Positions 24,536-38,013 of a stretch of DNA of 64,000 bases are shown here, piece by piece; position 1 is the first letter of the stretch; each line of letters begins with the position of its first letter. Under the pieces are notes generated by a model. That model was not told where the DNA came from. It worked only from the letters and a program-made list of their open reading frames with translations, and did not search any database. The stretch covers positions 833,058 to 897,057 of the forward strand of contig JBNZDD010013633.1 in assembly GCA_050575255.1 (NCBI GenBank), read 5' to 3'. Made by a program: the position numbers and the translations under genes. Source of the stretch: Harriotta raleighana (Eukaryota).

Positions 24536-25839
24536 TACTTGACTGATATTGTAAATTGACTTGGATTTTCGAGGTTGCACAATTCTTTCAGGTCTGTTCC
24601 CAACACGGCTGCTTGGAGTTTAAAAAAAGGCTCAGGAATGAGGGGAGACCAAATGCATCTGACTTCGCTTCCTCACCCCCCAGTTTTAGGGATTGGATGG
24701 TACATGGCATTGAGTTATCAGGTGTGAAATATGAATTAAGCGTGCACAGAAAAGTTTGGGGGCGCTCGCTACTGATTTCAGATGTCTTCCTGCTACTTGT
24801 TACGATGTAGCAATCTTGTGGCAAAACTTGGAAAATGCACATCATTCTTAATTTATTTTTAACTGATACGATCCGAAAATAGTACAAATCCATTTCACAC
24901 GTTTCTTTTGATAGATAGCTCCATTCAGGTCACTTTGGGTTTTGAATTGGTCCACTGCTCATCTTTAACATTTCTTTTTATTTAATAAAATGAATAAGGA
25001 TTTGAAGCTTCATTGAATAAAAAGGGGGCATTTCTGTCTGTCATTCGTCCAGAATGTCCAGAAACAGTATATTGTGCCAATATTGGAACAAGAGTCTGCT
25101 GTTACAGCCTTGACAAGTGAATAAAGAGAGCCTACTTTGGCTGTGCCAATTGAATATTTAGCGGTTTTTTCTGTTGAGAACCAAAACTGATTTGCCCTAC
25201 ACTTGTTTATAGTGCACACGGAGATTTGCAGCTGAATGAAGGCCTGCTGAGAGTTTTGTGTCCTGTTGGAGCTTTCTGGGACTTAAGAGCACCAAAGTAT
25301 GTGCACAACGACTGGCCAACCGCCAGCCTTGACTGCACCAATGGAGTTTCTCATGTGGAGGCTACCAGAATTTGCTGGCGTGCAATTTATTATAATGTGA
25401 CTGTGTTACGGACATCAATCACACAGGGCCTTGTAGCAGTCTGACCTTTCAGTGCTGAGATGGAACAAAGTGGGCACTGTATGTGAGTCTGAACTGGGGA
25501 TTACATTGCAAGTATAGTGTTGTCCCAGGGAAGTACACAACATTTGTGTTGTTCATTTCCTTTTCAATAGAAAAGGTATCAACCAAATCAGCGTCTTGCT
25601 CTAATGATCTTAGCAACTAGGTGTGAACTGGTAGTTTGTTTTCTGCTTTTCCTAACATCAGAGTTTCAGACTTGACATGTGGGAGAAAGAAATCAAGGTT
25701 ACTGTTTTGAATTTGCTGATGTTATGAAAATTTGAAGCTTTCTTTTTGATGCAGTTTTCAGTTCTGTAAATATAAATTCCCCTGTTTTTTTTAAAAAAGT
25801 CAAGTTTTCAGACCATTCTATTTTGCTGGCTTGAAGTTA

Positions 25840-26095
25840 TAAATCTTGCATTTTAAAGTGTTCTTATCAAGTCATCAAAACTTCTTAAAGGGTTTGACAG
25901 GATATTTTGTAAATTGTAGCGATGTGATCAACAGCCAATTAGCATACAGCATTGCCCTACAAACAGCCACAAAGTGTATGAACAATTTTATCTCTTGACC
26001 AGGCCACCAGAAGAAACTCCCTTTTTGAGTATTTCCGTGAGATCTATAATATCCACTTAACCAGAGTGTAGAGTGCTACCAACTGAGCTAGGCTG
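25840..26095 (-). mobile_element. Old Deu/SacSINE1-like SINE, degenerate
   Basis: gagtgctaccaactgagcta (antisense head), cagccaattagcatacagcattgccctacaaacagc body, cttgcattttaaagtg tail. Confidence 0.55.
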
Positions 26096-26577
26096 ACTTT
26101 TATATTGTGTTCCTTGAAGAAAGAATCAATATAAAGCCTACTTATAGAAATCAGTATAAAGCCTATTATTAGCAGATACTTACACAAAAGTAATTAATTA
26201 ACACCATAAATAAAAGTTTTGAAATATATTTTTCAATTTACCCCTGCCTTAAAGGATAATGTACAAAGACCATACACATTGCTTCTAGCATTCTACGACT
26301 CATCTAAAGTTCCCTGGGAAACACTAGTGAGAACCTGCAACGCCTAGTATTTTTCTCCCTCCATAAATAGCAGGTTTTTGGAGTTACCAATATACATAGC
26401 GGCATTGCTTAATAGCTACGTTTGTAAAATTAGAACCCTAGAACCTTTTATGTTAGTGATGGATGGGTAGGCTGGATGTTAATGCTATACATTACAAGAT
26501 TTTAGGTCTCAGTTTGATAATTTGCAGAAACAAAGTTTGTTTAAACTTGGAACTTTTATAACACAACAGATATTCAG

Positions 26578-26600
26578 TATATATATATATATATATATAT
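26578..26600. repeat. (TA)n microsatellite
   Basis: Direct reading. Confidence 0.9.
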
Positions 26601-29308
26601 GTAGCAGAACTGGTTGTTTGGCATTTTTGCCAGACCATAATTGTTTCATGAATTCTTAATGACTGTCTTTTTAAAATGTACATTGTATGTTATTGGAAAT
26701 ATAATTTGGTGCTTCATGAATTCCGATATTACTGTATATCTGTACAATATAAGTAGCACAGAATTATGTAGAAGTTTTTCCTGTCTTCACTTTGGGTATC
26801 CCTGTAATGGAATTGTTTCCCTTTTCTTAATTTCCAATTATTTATGAACCAGATGAATGCACAGCTGTTTAGCGATGATTTGCTATCTGATGCTTTAAAC
26901 GTTTGCACTCAGGTTACTTTTGTGCCTTCAGCAGGAAATGTACAGCTGTCTTTTGCACTCGTAATGTGAAGGTGTCTGTATCTGTATGTAGTATGCAGGG
27001 GAAATGTACAAAGTCTTGAAAGAGCACTATTTCTTCAATTGTTATTCCTAATGTAGGAATTGTACTTGCATCTTTTATGGGGGAATTTTTCCACAAATCT
27101 ATATAATTTTTGGTTAGTTTGGAATAGTCTCAGACTCGGACATTCCTAGGTCTGAGTATTTGTCTGTTGACCAGGAATGGTCAGAATCTGCAGCTACATC
27201 CCTTCACCCGATCCCAGTGAGCTCAGATATCTGAGCATTCCCTCACTATGTTGAATGTAAAAAGCTGAGTTAGATGTCAGTGTCTTAATTACAGAAACAG
27301 AAGCTCAATGCTAGTGTTCGCTATTTGGCTATTAACTAGACTAAATAAATCATACTATACCACTAAACAATTGTCACGTATCTCAAGTATTTGTGGGTGC
27401 AAAAGATGAATCATATACTTTATTCAGTTCTGGTAGCCAGATAATCTCGTTTGTTGATAAGGGATCTCAGTGTTTAGCACCATGGACCACTGAGTTTCAG
27501 GATACTGTATATTTAACACTCAAATGTTGGATTTAAATACAATACAAAATTATCATTACTTTAGATTATGATCTTGCATTTTATTGAAGTCCCGGACACT
27601 CGTGAATATAATGCAGGCTTCAGTTCATAAGGCAGCGTTTCCAGATTGGAGGTGGGATTTGGCAATGTAGGAAGGGAAACTGTTTTTCTTCAGGTAACAT
27701 TAGAAAGTAAAGATAGTGATTCCTGAATTTGAAGAATTTAATTCTACAATTTCCTTATGAGATCTGAGGCAGAATTAATTCCTTGTCATGCTTTTTGGAG
27801 TCTTTTGTAAGACACATTCTGGGCTCTTTTTAATTCTCTTAATTCATAGTGTTTGTTTCAAGTTTTGTTATTTAATCTGTTTGGTAATAAACTCATTTTG
27901 GTTTAATTGGCCACACCTGAGCCAGATTGAAATCCCGCTGGAGACTGGTAGGTAACTGGAGGCTATGAGACAATATATTAATTACCAAGGATCAGCTTGC
28001 TTCATACTGCAAAAGCCATACTACTCAAAAAGAAAGCTTGATTTACTCAAAAAGCATGTCTCGCTTAAAAAAGCATACCTCTCGCAATAACGCCTGCCCC
28101 ACTCAAAAAGGATTCAGTTAATGACTGTAATCCTTGCGTTTGATCTAACCCCTGTCATGTCAAGAAGATATCTCTAAACACTTCACAGGGTTTGCAGGGT
28201 AGAATAGTGACTTTTTGTAGGCGAATATTCTAGTTCATACAAGACATATTCTGGATTTGTAAATTGTGTACATTTTGTAATATTCTGGGACTCCATTCCA
28301 GTGTCCATCTGACTCCCTCACTCTCTCCCTCCGTTCAAGCTTTGGGCCAAACTGTACCTCTTCTACTGTGCTTTAGATCATCTTCTCTCCACCCACAACG
28401 CACCCCACCCCCAACCATCGCTACCCTAGATCGGATGCCCAGTCAACAGTATGAGGTGATTTGTGACGTCCTCCCAGCTTGAAAAGTGCTATTCAAATTG
28501 TAAAGTCGTGCACAGAAATGTCTTGAATCTGGTTGTAAAACTTGAGTCGGATAAGTGGGGAAATGATTGGTGAACAGCATATATCCGGTATTCAAATAAG
28601 TGTTACATTCTACAGCATTTGAAAGGTGACTCACTAGCCTCAATTTAACGCATGATTGCACTGGTGATAACAGATATTTGTGCCAGATACAGTACCTGGA
28701 TTAATGATGATGTGTATCCAGAACTGTCAGTGGTTTTTGCAAGGTGTGACTGTGGTACAGTTTTTAATTCATTATACTGTAAATGGGTAATTATGCTCCT
28801 CTATACACATCTGGACTGACCCCAAACTTTTTTTCACAAGAAAAAAAACAAATGTGCACAGAATCCAATTATTCCTTCAAGTGTAGAAACGAATATCACC
28901 ACAGTTTTATTGGACTCCAGTAGAAATGTTACAGTATTATTATTGGAAAAAAGGAATGTAAAAGGAGTTATACAAAGCAGGCAATAGCAGCATCTTACAC
29001 TTATATAGTGGCTTTCATATTGGGAAAGCATCTTAAAGCTCTTTACAAAGACTGCCTTTTGAGTTAAATTATTGCTCTTTAAAATATTGAATGTATGTGT
29101 CCTTGTGTTCTTTACGTGTGCTTTTCTGCTGCTTTTAAAATCAGCATTGTTTTAAGCATCAACCCCCCATCCGTTGCCAAATAAAATCTGCAGAATATTA
29201 AATATAAACCATAGGATTGCATTGGTACAATTTTTTTTAAAAAGTGCTTTTAATTCTGTGTTTCTAGAATGGAACAGATAAACTAACAAATAATTCTCTC
29301 TCTTGCAG

Positions 29309-29412
29309 CCCCTTTTACGGTGAAGACTTTTATTGTGAAATTCCAAGGAGTTTTCGCTACCTATCATTTTATATTTTTGACAGAGATGTCTTTCGGAGGG
29401 ATTCAATTATTG
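29309..29412 (+). CDS. RASA3: RASA3 coding exon (exon 3 equivalent), C2A domain
   Basis: ctctctcttgcag acceptor, G|gtaagt donor; 104 nt, phase 2 to 1; reads (C)[34 protein letters not shown](G), in frame with the previous exon; absent from the ORF track. Confidence 0.97.
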
Positions 29413-31239
29413 GTAAGTACCAATGATTCTGGATAAACTATTTTATGTTTGGGTATAGTCATTGTTGCTTAACTTATGAGAGTTTTACATGTAAAACCAT
29501 TTCCTTATTTGTGATGGGCTTTTGCATGAACTCTCAAGAATTATGTTTTATGGTTTTCAGCTTCTAAGACATATTTGGACTGTACTAAAGGTGAATCTGT
29601 TTGACATTTTGAGCAAAGTATTGTTCATGAACTTTGAACCAAAATGCCAAAGATGTCAAGATTCATTATAAAGCCGTTTAATTTTCTTCCTGTATTTTCC
29701 ATGTGTTCACGGATTTCTTTTTTTTATGTTCAACATGTTTCTCATGATACTCCTCTGTAGGTGCTGTCTCAAGCTGGGGCTTAATTCTGGAGGATGTGAT
29801 GATTCTCCTGTACTTTATATGATCCAAGTTTAGTTTCTCACGTGTGAATCAGGAAAGACTGTTGATTGCCCAACAGGCTGTTTAACTGTGATTCGTGTTC
29901 CCAGTCCAATTCTGGCCTTAATTGACACCTACACATATATATTTTCCTCAGAATTGTTCAGGAGTCAGACCTGACTTAATCTCCTACCTGCCTGTGCTAT
30001 ATGTTTGTATAGTGCCTCATTCACGTCAGCCTCACAGCATTCTTAACTATATATTTGTTATGTATTTGCACTGAAAATGATTTGCTACATTTGTCTGTAA
30101 GCATTTTTTATGATCTGGCCTAAGTATAGCTTTACAGGAACACAGTATTTTTTTGTTTTTCTCTGCTTTTCCCATTGCCTGCCCCTCACAATGTCTCATT
30201 TCTCTCACGAACCATGTGTGTCAGCCTAACTCAGTTGGTTGTGCTCTCATCTAAGATGACATGCCAATGCATTGTTGGTGGGGTGGGGGGGAGGGGGGTC
30301 CGGGGGTGTAATGCATTGCCAACCAAACATTGCATGACACAACTTGAAAAGAGAAGATAGTTTCTCCAGTTTCCTAGCCAGTCGTATTTTGGCTGTTTGT
30401 GGGACATTGCTGTTTGGGCTGCAGCGTTTGACTACTAATTCCAACAAAAACTTGCATTTTTACAGCGCCACTTATGCAAGTTAGCATCTCAGAACACAGT
30501 CACTCCATTTCACAGTATATATCCCGTGAAGTGCTTCGGGTTGTGAAAGGCTGAATCCCAAATGCATTGTACATAATGATATTATTTATACCTGTAATTC
30601 TTCTTTGCAAATCACACAAGGAAGGGTTTCAGGACACCTGCTCCTTCTTAGTAACTACCATGTAGCCTCATCAGCATGAGGACTGCTTCCTGTACATGGT
30701 ATATTGCTTGCACAACATCTGCTTGTTGTTTGTGTCAAATTGTTGGCTTTGCTTGAAAGTATATGTGACTCAAGAAGCAGAGAGCTATATTTTGAAGTTC
30801 TGCATCTGCCGTTTGTCCTGTGGTTTACAAATATTTGAGAAAACATCCCAACTTTCGGTTTATTAGTCATTCTGCAAAAAAAACAACAATGCTGAGATGA
30901 GACCTAGCTTCAAAATGAGAAATCCGGAAACAACCCAGAGCGAGTGGTTTGCACTCACTGTTCCTAACTGGTTCCCTTGTAAACATATTTTAGTCTACAC
31001 CTTTACAGTTTGTGAGATCGCCGATTGTTTTTAGGAAGATCAATGCCTACACTGGGTATGGATTGTGCTGGAGCTTCAGTGTAGTATTTAAATGGATCTA
31101 TTTGTGGTACATAAATTTTACAATGCAGTACTGTGAATAGATTTGAGATTATCACATCTAAATTGTAGGGAGTTGGGAGTAATGCAATGTGTATAACTGA
31201 AAAATATAAAGATTTCCTGCTTTTTTAAAATATCTGGTA

Positions 31240-32119
31240 CAGTTAATCCTTGTCAATCGCGGGGGTTACGTTCCTGGAAAACTGCACATTCATCAAAATT
31301 GCGTTGGAGAAGCTTAAGAAGTAATGGGAAAAGGAAGGGGGGGTTAGGGGAATCCAGTCGCAGGCTACCCACCTCAAGCCCCCAGACATCCGATGCAAGG
31401 TACCTACTGAGGCGGGCTACAGCTGGCTGGCCCGCTCTTTGCTCCGCCCGCCTCTCACTCTTCCTGCTCTCGAGTCACCCGGGAAGTGGGCAAATCAGGG
31501 TAGCCCGGAAGGGAGGCAGAGAGAAATCGGGGAGAGCGACGAGCGGGCGGAGGTGGGAGGGAGGGAAAAGAGATCTGCTCGGAGGCGGGGGGGAACAACT
31601 CGCTGAGGTGTGGGCCAGTGAGCCGATCGGAGGCGGGGTGGTGGGTGGGGGGAGACTCACTGAGGTGTGAGTCGCTCGGAGAGTGCTGGGGATGGGAGAC
31701 ACAGAAAGGTTATGGCGGCTTTGTTATCGCTTTATTGCTATAATAAAGCAGTAAAGCAATAAAAAAAAGCAAGAAAACATTGCTGTACGATTTCTATCTC
31801 TCTATCTCTTGTTTACAATGCAACGCAATAAAATTCTCCAAGGCCGAAGCGTTATTCTATTTACCCAGAATGCACTGCGCGTAGGGCTTCGGCTTTAATC
31901 GGGATCTGCCGGCCTCGTCAAAAATGCGCGTGGGACCAGCCAGCCGAGGAATCATCGGATTTAGTCGGGAGCTATCGGCGTCTCCACCCGTGTGCATCGT
32001 GAGGGGCCAGTCAGTGCGTATGCATGTTTTACGTGCGCTGCACAAAAAGTGATGCTTTTGTTTCGCCGTGTATACTTGAATTTGTAATCGATAAAGTCGC
32101 CTTCGATGATGGTTAACTG
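31240..32119. mobile_element. Non-autonomous Tigger/pogo-like DNA transposon, 880 bp, GC- and CpG-rich interior
   Basis: TA at 31238-39 and 32120-21; imperfect TIRs cagttaatccttgtcaatcgcg vs (reverse complement) cagttaaccatcatcgaaggcg, 15/22; subterminal gcgggggttacgttcc resembles Tigger-type ends; sharp composition change at both edges. Confidence 0.75.
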
Positions 32120-33533
32120 TATTCACATATGGAATTGAGAAGGCAGAAGGAAGGAAAATGCTGCACTCCATCAGAACTATAGTACAGCAGATACTTTTAT
32201 CTCTCTCAGCTTCAAACCAGTGACCTGAAATTCCATTTACAAGACCAATTTGTCTTAAAATTTAAAGAGCGTAGAGATTTGCAGAAAATTCTCAAATTCA
32301 GTTGTAGTTCAGCAGCCGGTTTTCCACAGTATTTAAAATGAACTGGTTTCCTGATTAAGAGTGAATTAAATAATTTTCCACATTACTGAACAATCTTAAA
32401 CTTTGAGACAAAATCTTTAGTCTTACAGGCTAAAACTATTGACGAGGAATTCTAGGGCCCTGGGTGGGACAATTACCTTGTAGCTCATGGCTGGCTGCAG
32501 AAGAATTATTGAAAAAAACACTTGTTTGTTTCTATTTTTTAGTTAAAAACATTGCATAGAATTATTTTGGAACTGTGCAGCAAGCTTAAAGACAGATTCC
32601 TAAGTGCCCAAAGTCATAACTATCATATCTTGCCTTGATTCCTGTGCTGAATTACATGCAATAAGTATAGAACCAGACTGAGCTGGATTATAAGGATACT
32701 CCACAAACTCAGTTAGGAAACACCTTTGTCCAAGAAAGACTCATTGGCATGAAAAGGAGCTGCTGGAGGAAGTATTCCACACGTGTAGCATCAAACGGCC
32801 ACTTGACAGGCTCAATTGAATAGAATGGTTGACAGCCTTAAGGATATTCAGGTTTTCGTTTTGCGGATGCTAATCAGTGACTGGAAAGGTTGCTGGGAAA
32901 GGTGATCGACACTCATTTAAAAAGCAGTTTAAGTGATGACAGTAAGAATAGGAAATCAGCAATATATTCCAGGTGTGAAATATCCACAGCATCTGCTGAA
33001 CCTCATGTGAACCACTAACCTTTCACCCAAAGAAGTTGGGTGCAAAGTAACAATCAGTTAACAAAATGAGAATCAGTCCCCACAACCCTCAACCGTAAGA
33101 AGTTCTCAATAAAACTATTTGCTACCCAAACCAGCAATAGTAGCTTCACAACATGCACATCATTTAGGAAAGCAAATGCAACGTTTAAAATCAGTCTGTT
33201 TACCAAGGAAAATGGACAGTGCGAAAGAATATCTGCGTATCATTATAATTGTAAAAGCAATCCTGTTTCTAAGTTATGCAATCATTCACTTCCTGTTGTC
33301 AGAATTGCCTACAAATACTCACTTAACAGCAATTTCATGAGGAGTTGGCGATTTTTCAATGTTATAGATACAATATCAAACGCCAGAATAATAATTATTA
33401 TAGCCCGATGATTAACCCCAAACATATTGATTGCCTCCTTAGATTCGCAGGGATATGAGATATTGCACTTAGATAACTACTATAACTGGGTTGCTCTGAA
33501 AAGGCTACAAGTTCATAAAAGCAAAAAGCTAAT

Positions 33534-33577
33534 ACAAGTTCACATAAACAAGTTCACATAAACAAGTTCACATAAAC
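33534..33577. repeat. Tandem repeat, 14 bp x 3 (acaagttcacataa)
   Basis: Direct reading; a degenerate unit lies at about 33507. Confidence 0.9.
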
Positions 33578-34088
33578 TAAATTGTGTGAAGAAAGGAAAA
33601 AAAAGTGAAAAAAATTCAAGTTTGGATGTTGACAAAATGGCTTTTTAATCAGACTGAAAGCCCAGGAACATTTATCGGTCAGGCTCCATTTTTGAGTTTT
33701 ATATGGATTTCACTGAATTGTGAAATATACTCGTTACCATCTGTAATTTACTTGTGTTAGTTTAAAAACAAATGTTATGGCTTTAAAATGAAAGCTGTGC
33801 TAATGATGTATTGAAATTGTATTCTAGATTGTAGCTGCTGTTATTGTAGAAGATTCTACACTACGATTCACTGTTCATATTGAGGCTATTACACTCTATT
33901 CAAAAGCAGAATTCTATGCATATTAAGAAGCTAGTAGAATAGTAAGTACATGCACATTGAGCTAATTAAATCTTTTGTTTTCCCCCCAACCCACATTGCT
34001 CGCACTGCAATCCTTTCCCCACAGATCGTAGCAGACTACGTGTTGTGCTGTTAGCAAATTGCATTATGTATCTATGTACTATCCTATG

Positions 34089-36022
34089 AAACCTGGGGGA
34101 CTCCTTCTCCCTCACAGAGGCCACACCACCCGGCTACACCTCCCACCATGTCCCTCGCCCCAACTGCCGTGGCGATGGCATGGCACTCATCTCTAGGACA
34201 CCACTTGTCCTATCCCTCTACTCCTCTAGTTTCTTCCCCTCCTTTGAACACCTCACTCTCTCCCACTCCTCCCATCTCTCCCTCAAAATCCTTCTGGTTT
34301 ACCGTCCCCCAAAACCCTCCCCAACCTTCATCTCTGACCTCTCCACTCTCCTTGCCTCCCTCTGAGCTTCCTCTGATCGCCTCATCATCCTGGGCGAATT
34401 CAACCTCCACTTCACCCCCTCCTGCTCTACCTCCTTAGAATTCTCCTCCCTCTTCTCATCTCTCAACCTCTCCCTCCATATCCACTCTGCCACCCACGAT
34501 CACTGCCACCCACTCGATCTGGTGATCACCCGAGGCCTGAGTGTAATGGATGTCACCATCTCCAACAAGACCATCTCCGACCACCACTTCATTTCTTTCA
34601 AATCCTATAACCCTCTCCCCTCCATCCTCAAACTACCACCATCTTCTACCGCCCATGGAAGAAGATCCCCCACAAACTCTCTCCGCTGCCTTGGAGTCCT
34701 CTGAATTCCTCTCCCTCTGGCCTACCTCCTGCACTGACCCATCCTCCGCACTCACTCTACTCCACAACACCCTTGCCACCATGTTTGACACTCTTGCCCT
34801 GCTCACTTCCCGAACTGCCTCCTACTCCCGAACCTCACCCTGGTTCACCACCCATCTCCGTTTCCTCAAGGGTCAGGTGCAGGCCACTGAACACACCTGG
34901 CTCAAATCCGGCCTAACGGTCCACTGGCATATCTGGCTAGACCTCACATCAGTTTACCGCTCCGCCCCATCCTCTGCCAAATTGTCCTTCTACTCCAAGA
35001 TAATCCTGGAGGCGAAGGACAGCCCCCGGCTTCTCTTCTCCACCACCAACCAGCTCCTCTATCCACCCTGCCTTGTCTCGCAGATCCTCTCCTCGAACTA
35101 CAGCTGCGAGGAGATGCTGGATTTAGTAGAGTCCAAAATCCGCTCTGCAGTCACTGTCCTTCCAACCTCTACCCCCTCTCCACCTCCCCGCCACACTCCG
35201 TCTCCTACAACATCCATCCTTCCACTCCTTCAATCCTATCTCCCATCCTCCGTTAAAAAAAAAATCTCTGCAATGAAGCCTACCACCTGCTCCCTTGACC
35301 CCATCCCCATCCCACTCCTCACCACACTGCTCCACCTCCTAGCCCCACTCATCTCCCGACACCATCAACCTGTCCCTCTCATCTGGCAGTGTTCCCACTT
35401 CCCTCAAAACCGCCACTATCACCCCCATCCTGAAAAAACCTTCCCTCGATGCATCTCAGTTATCAAGCTACCGGCCCATCTCCAACCTCCCCTTTCTCTC
35501 CAAGGTCCTGGAAAGAGTGGTTGCCTTCCAGCTCCGCTCTTTCCTCTCAAGACACTCACTCCTCGAACCCCTCCAATTGGGTTTCCGAGCTTTCCACAGC
35601 ACGAAAACTGCCCTGGTCCAGGTCACCAACAACATCCTGACCATCAGTGACCAGGGCTTCCTCTGCCTCCTCTTCCTCCTTGACCTATCTGCCGCCTTCG
35701 AGACCGTCAACTGTCGACTACACAATCCTCCTCCACCACCTCCTCCCTCCTCAACCTTCAAGGCTCTGACCTGCTATCTCCCTATCAGCCTGCCCCCACC
35801 CTCCGTTCAGCAGATTCAGGCCTGCTCCGCGTCCACTGCCCTAACCACCCAACCATCGGTGGCCGGGCTTTCAGCCTCTCTGCCCCCACACTCTGGAATT
35901 CCATCCCGCAGTCCCTCTGCCTTGCTTTCTCCCTTTCCTCCTTCAAGGCCGGTCTCAAGATCTTCCTCTTCGACCACGCCTTCAGCTCCCCCCCTAACTC
36001 AAGTGTAATTTTGTTGTTGTTG
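34089..36022 (+). mobile_element. L2-clade LINE: endonuclease to early RT, multiple internal deletions, inactive
   Basis: APE motifs (PPGY, VYRPP, GEFNLH, TH...LDLVITRG, ISDHHFI), PWFT, CSLDPIP, YRPISNLPFLSKVLE, Q.GFR.FHST.TAL, LLDLSAAF.TV; frameshifts; (GTT)n tail; possible TATG target duplication. Confidence 0.93.
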
Positions 36023-36349
36023 TATGTAAAAGGTACCATAAAATGCAAGGTGCTTGTTTTTTTGTAGCTGAACAGGGTAACAGTGAAAATGGTGACTAAT
36101 CCTGGCCTATAGTTTCATGTGCTGATCTCCCTCCAGCTCTATTCCAAGTGATCATTCTTCAAATGTTCATTTGGACAGTGAGAATCAACAAATTATTTAT
36201 CTGCCTTTGTTAGAAGGGAGAGGAGAAAATAGGAGAGAGAGAGAGGACAAGATGGATGAGACATCTGTAGGCCTCAGCAACGATTTATTTTTTGTCTGAC
36301 AATAAATTCCTTTTCGGGCAGTGAATATCAACACTATATTAACCTGTCA

Positions 36350-36772
36350 GCTCCCTCCGCTTAGCAGGCTTTGGCCTCCTTCATGTACCCCACCTGGCCC
36401 GCCCCACCATTGGTGGTCAGGGCATCAGCCTCTCTGCTGCCCACCTTTGGAACACCATCTCATAATCGCTTTGCTTTACTCCCTCTCTTGCCTTGCTCAA
36501 GGCATGTCTGAAAAGCCTCCCCCATGACCAAGCCTTGAGCCAACCTGCTACCCTCTCCACTCTCCACGCTCCACTATCCCAACCATCCTAGGATTGGGTC
36601 CAAATCCCTGACTGTCCAGCACCTTGGGAAGTCCTCCAAATGTGCNCCATGACCAAGCCTTGAGCCAACCTGCTACCCTCTCCACTCTCCACGCTCTGCT
36701 ATCCCAACCATCCAGCACCTTGGGAAGTCCTCCAAATGTGTAAGGCACTCTACAAATGTAATCTTGTATTGT
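36350..36772 (+). mobile_element. Older L2 3' fragment, partly duplicated by assembly
   Basis: accattggtggtcagggcatcagcctctctgc...cagcaccttgggaagtcctccaaatgtg..aggcactctacaaatgtaat; n at 36646. Confidence 0.7.
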
Positions 36773-37577
36773 GAATGTGTGTTATTCCTAGTCCATTCAT
36801 GTACTGATATTTGGTGGTGTGCCCTTATAGTAGGAAGTTTTATAAGGGGTCACTGGATAGTGATAATGAATANGGAAGTCCTCCAAATGTGCAAGGCACT
36901 CTACAAATGTAATCTTGTATTGTGAATGTGTGTTATTCCTAGTCCATTCATGTACTGATATTTGGTGGTGTGCCCTTATAGTAGGAAGTTTTATAAGGGG
37001 TCATTGGATAGTGATAATGAATAGGAACCATATTTCTTGAGACAATAAGGCCGAATTGTATAGTGTCTTTCTTATAGCAACATCTGTGTCTTAGATGAAA
37101 GTGACTCATTTGCTGCAAGAACCCGGGATTTTTCCTTCCCCATGTGGCTCTGTATCATACCAAATGGTGCGTTTGATCTGTGAGACAGTGGGGAACAGGA
37201 CCTGAGGTTTAGAAATCCTGTTCAAACCAAAAAGGTGAAAGTGATGTCAAGAGTAGTGAAACAAAAGTATTGTATCACTGAAATTCTGAAATGTTTCACA
37301 AATATATAAGCCGATTCCCGAATTTGAGTATTTCAGTTTCATGTAGGCAGTTTAAATCCTTACTTTTAAATGGATATCTAGGAATTTCTTTGTCAAAATG
37401 CACGTCATATGAAGGTCCCACATGTATGTGCAACCCTCTCGTTGGGAATTTCTATCTGTCTGGAATGGAGTACGAACATTTTCCTCAGAGGGTTGTACCT
37501 TCCAATCTATTTCTAGAGTGTAACTGGCGCAGGTTGATGAGAGAGTTGGCTTGGGAATTGCAGAGTCTGAGTTAAGG

Positions 37578-38013
37578 TTGTCCTGTAGCTCAGTGGTTAC
37601 AGCACTCTCCTCGCAACCGAGAGGACCTGAGCTCAACTCCCAGCAGGGCAAAATGTTGGACAAATTTCCTTGCTTCACACGCCATAGTTTACCCAGCAGT
37701 TAACTAGGAACCCGGTTATGAGTCCATTGGCGGATTTCTTTTCTGGGTGGAATAATTCTTTCAAAATAAACAAATAAATTGGTCACTTCAATCCACACCT
37801 GTTTGTGGGACACTGATATGCACAATTGGCGTCANATAAATTGGTCACTTCAATCCACACCTGTTTGTGGGACACTGATATGCACAATTGGCTGACGCGT
37901 TTTGTCTACGAAATATACAGTCAATTCACTTTACAGAATTTCGGTGAAGCACTTTGAGACGTCTTGAAGAAGCGATAAGGCGCTATTTCAAATGCAAGGA
38001 TTATTAATATTAT
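37578..38013 (+). mobile_element. tRNA-derived SINE, long variant, full length (57-bp artefactual duplication at n 37835)
   Basis: GTCCTGTAGCTCAGTGGTTACAGCAC head, extra gtttacccagcagttaactaggaaccc segment, body and tail. Confidence 0.88.

Noticed and set aside
28020-28110. Repeated actcaaaaag / aaaaagcat motifs
   Set aside because: Short, irregular and A-rich; consistent with local slippage
31299-31702. GC-rich ORFs (123 aa and 75 aa) or a promoter of a nested gene
   Set aside because: Low-complexity translations inside a TA-flanked TIR element; no splice pattern or homology recognised
33534-33577. CRISPR-like or iteron-like array
   Set aside because: A simple 14-bp tandem repeat with no spacers, in a vertebrate intron
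34550-35650. 366-aa ORF
   Set aside because: A mosaic of frames across a decayed L2 ORF2; no independent gene signals
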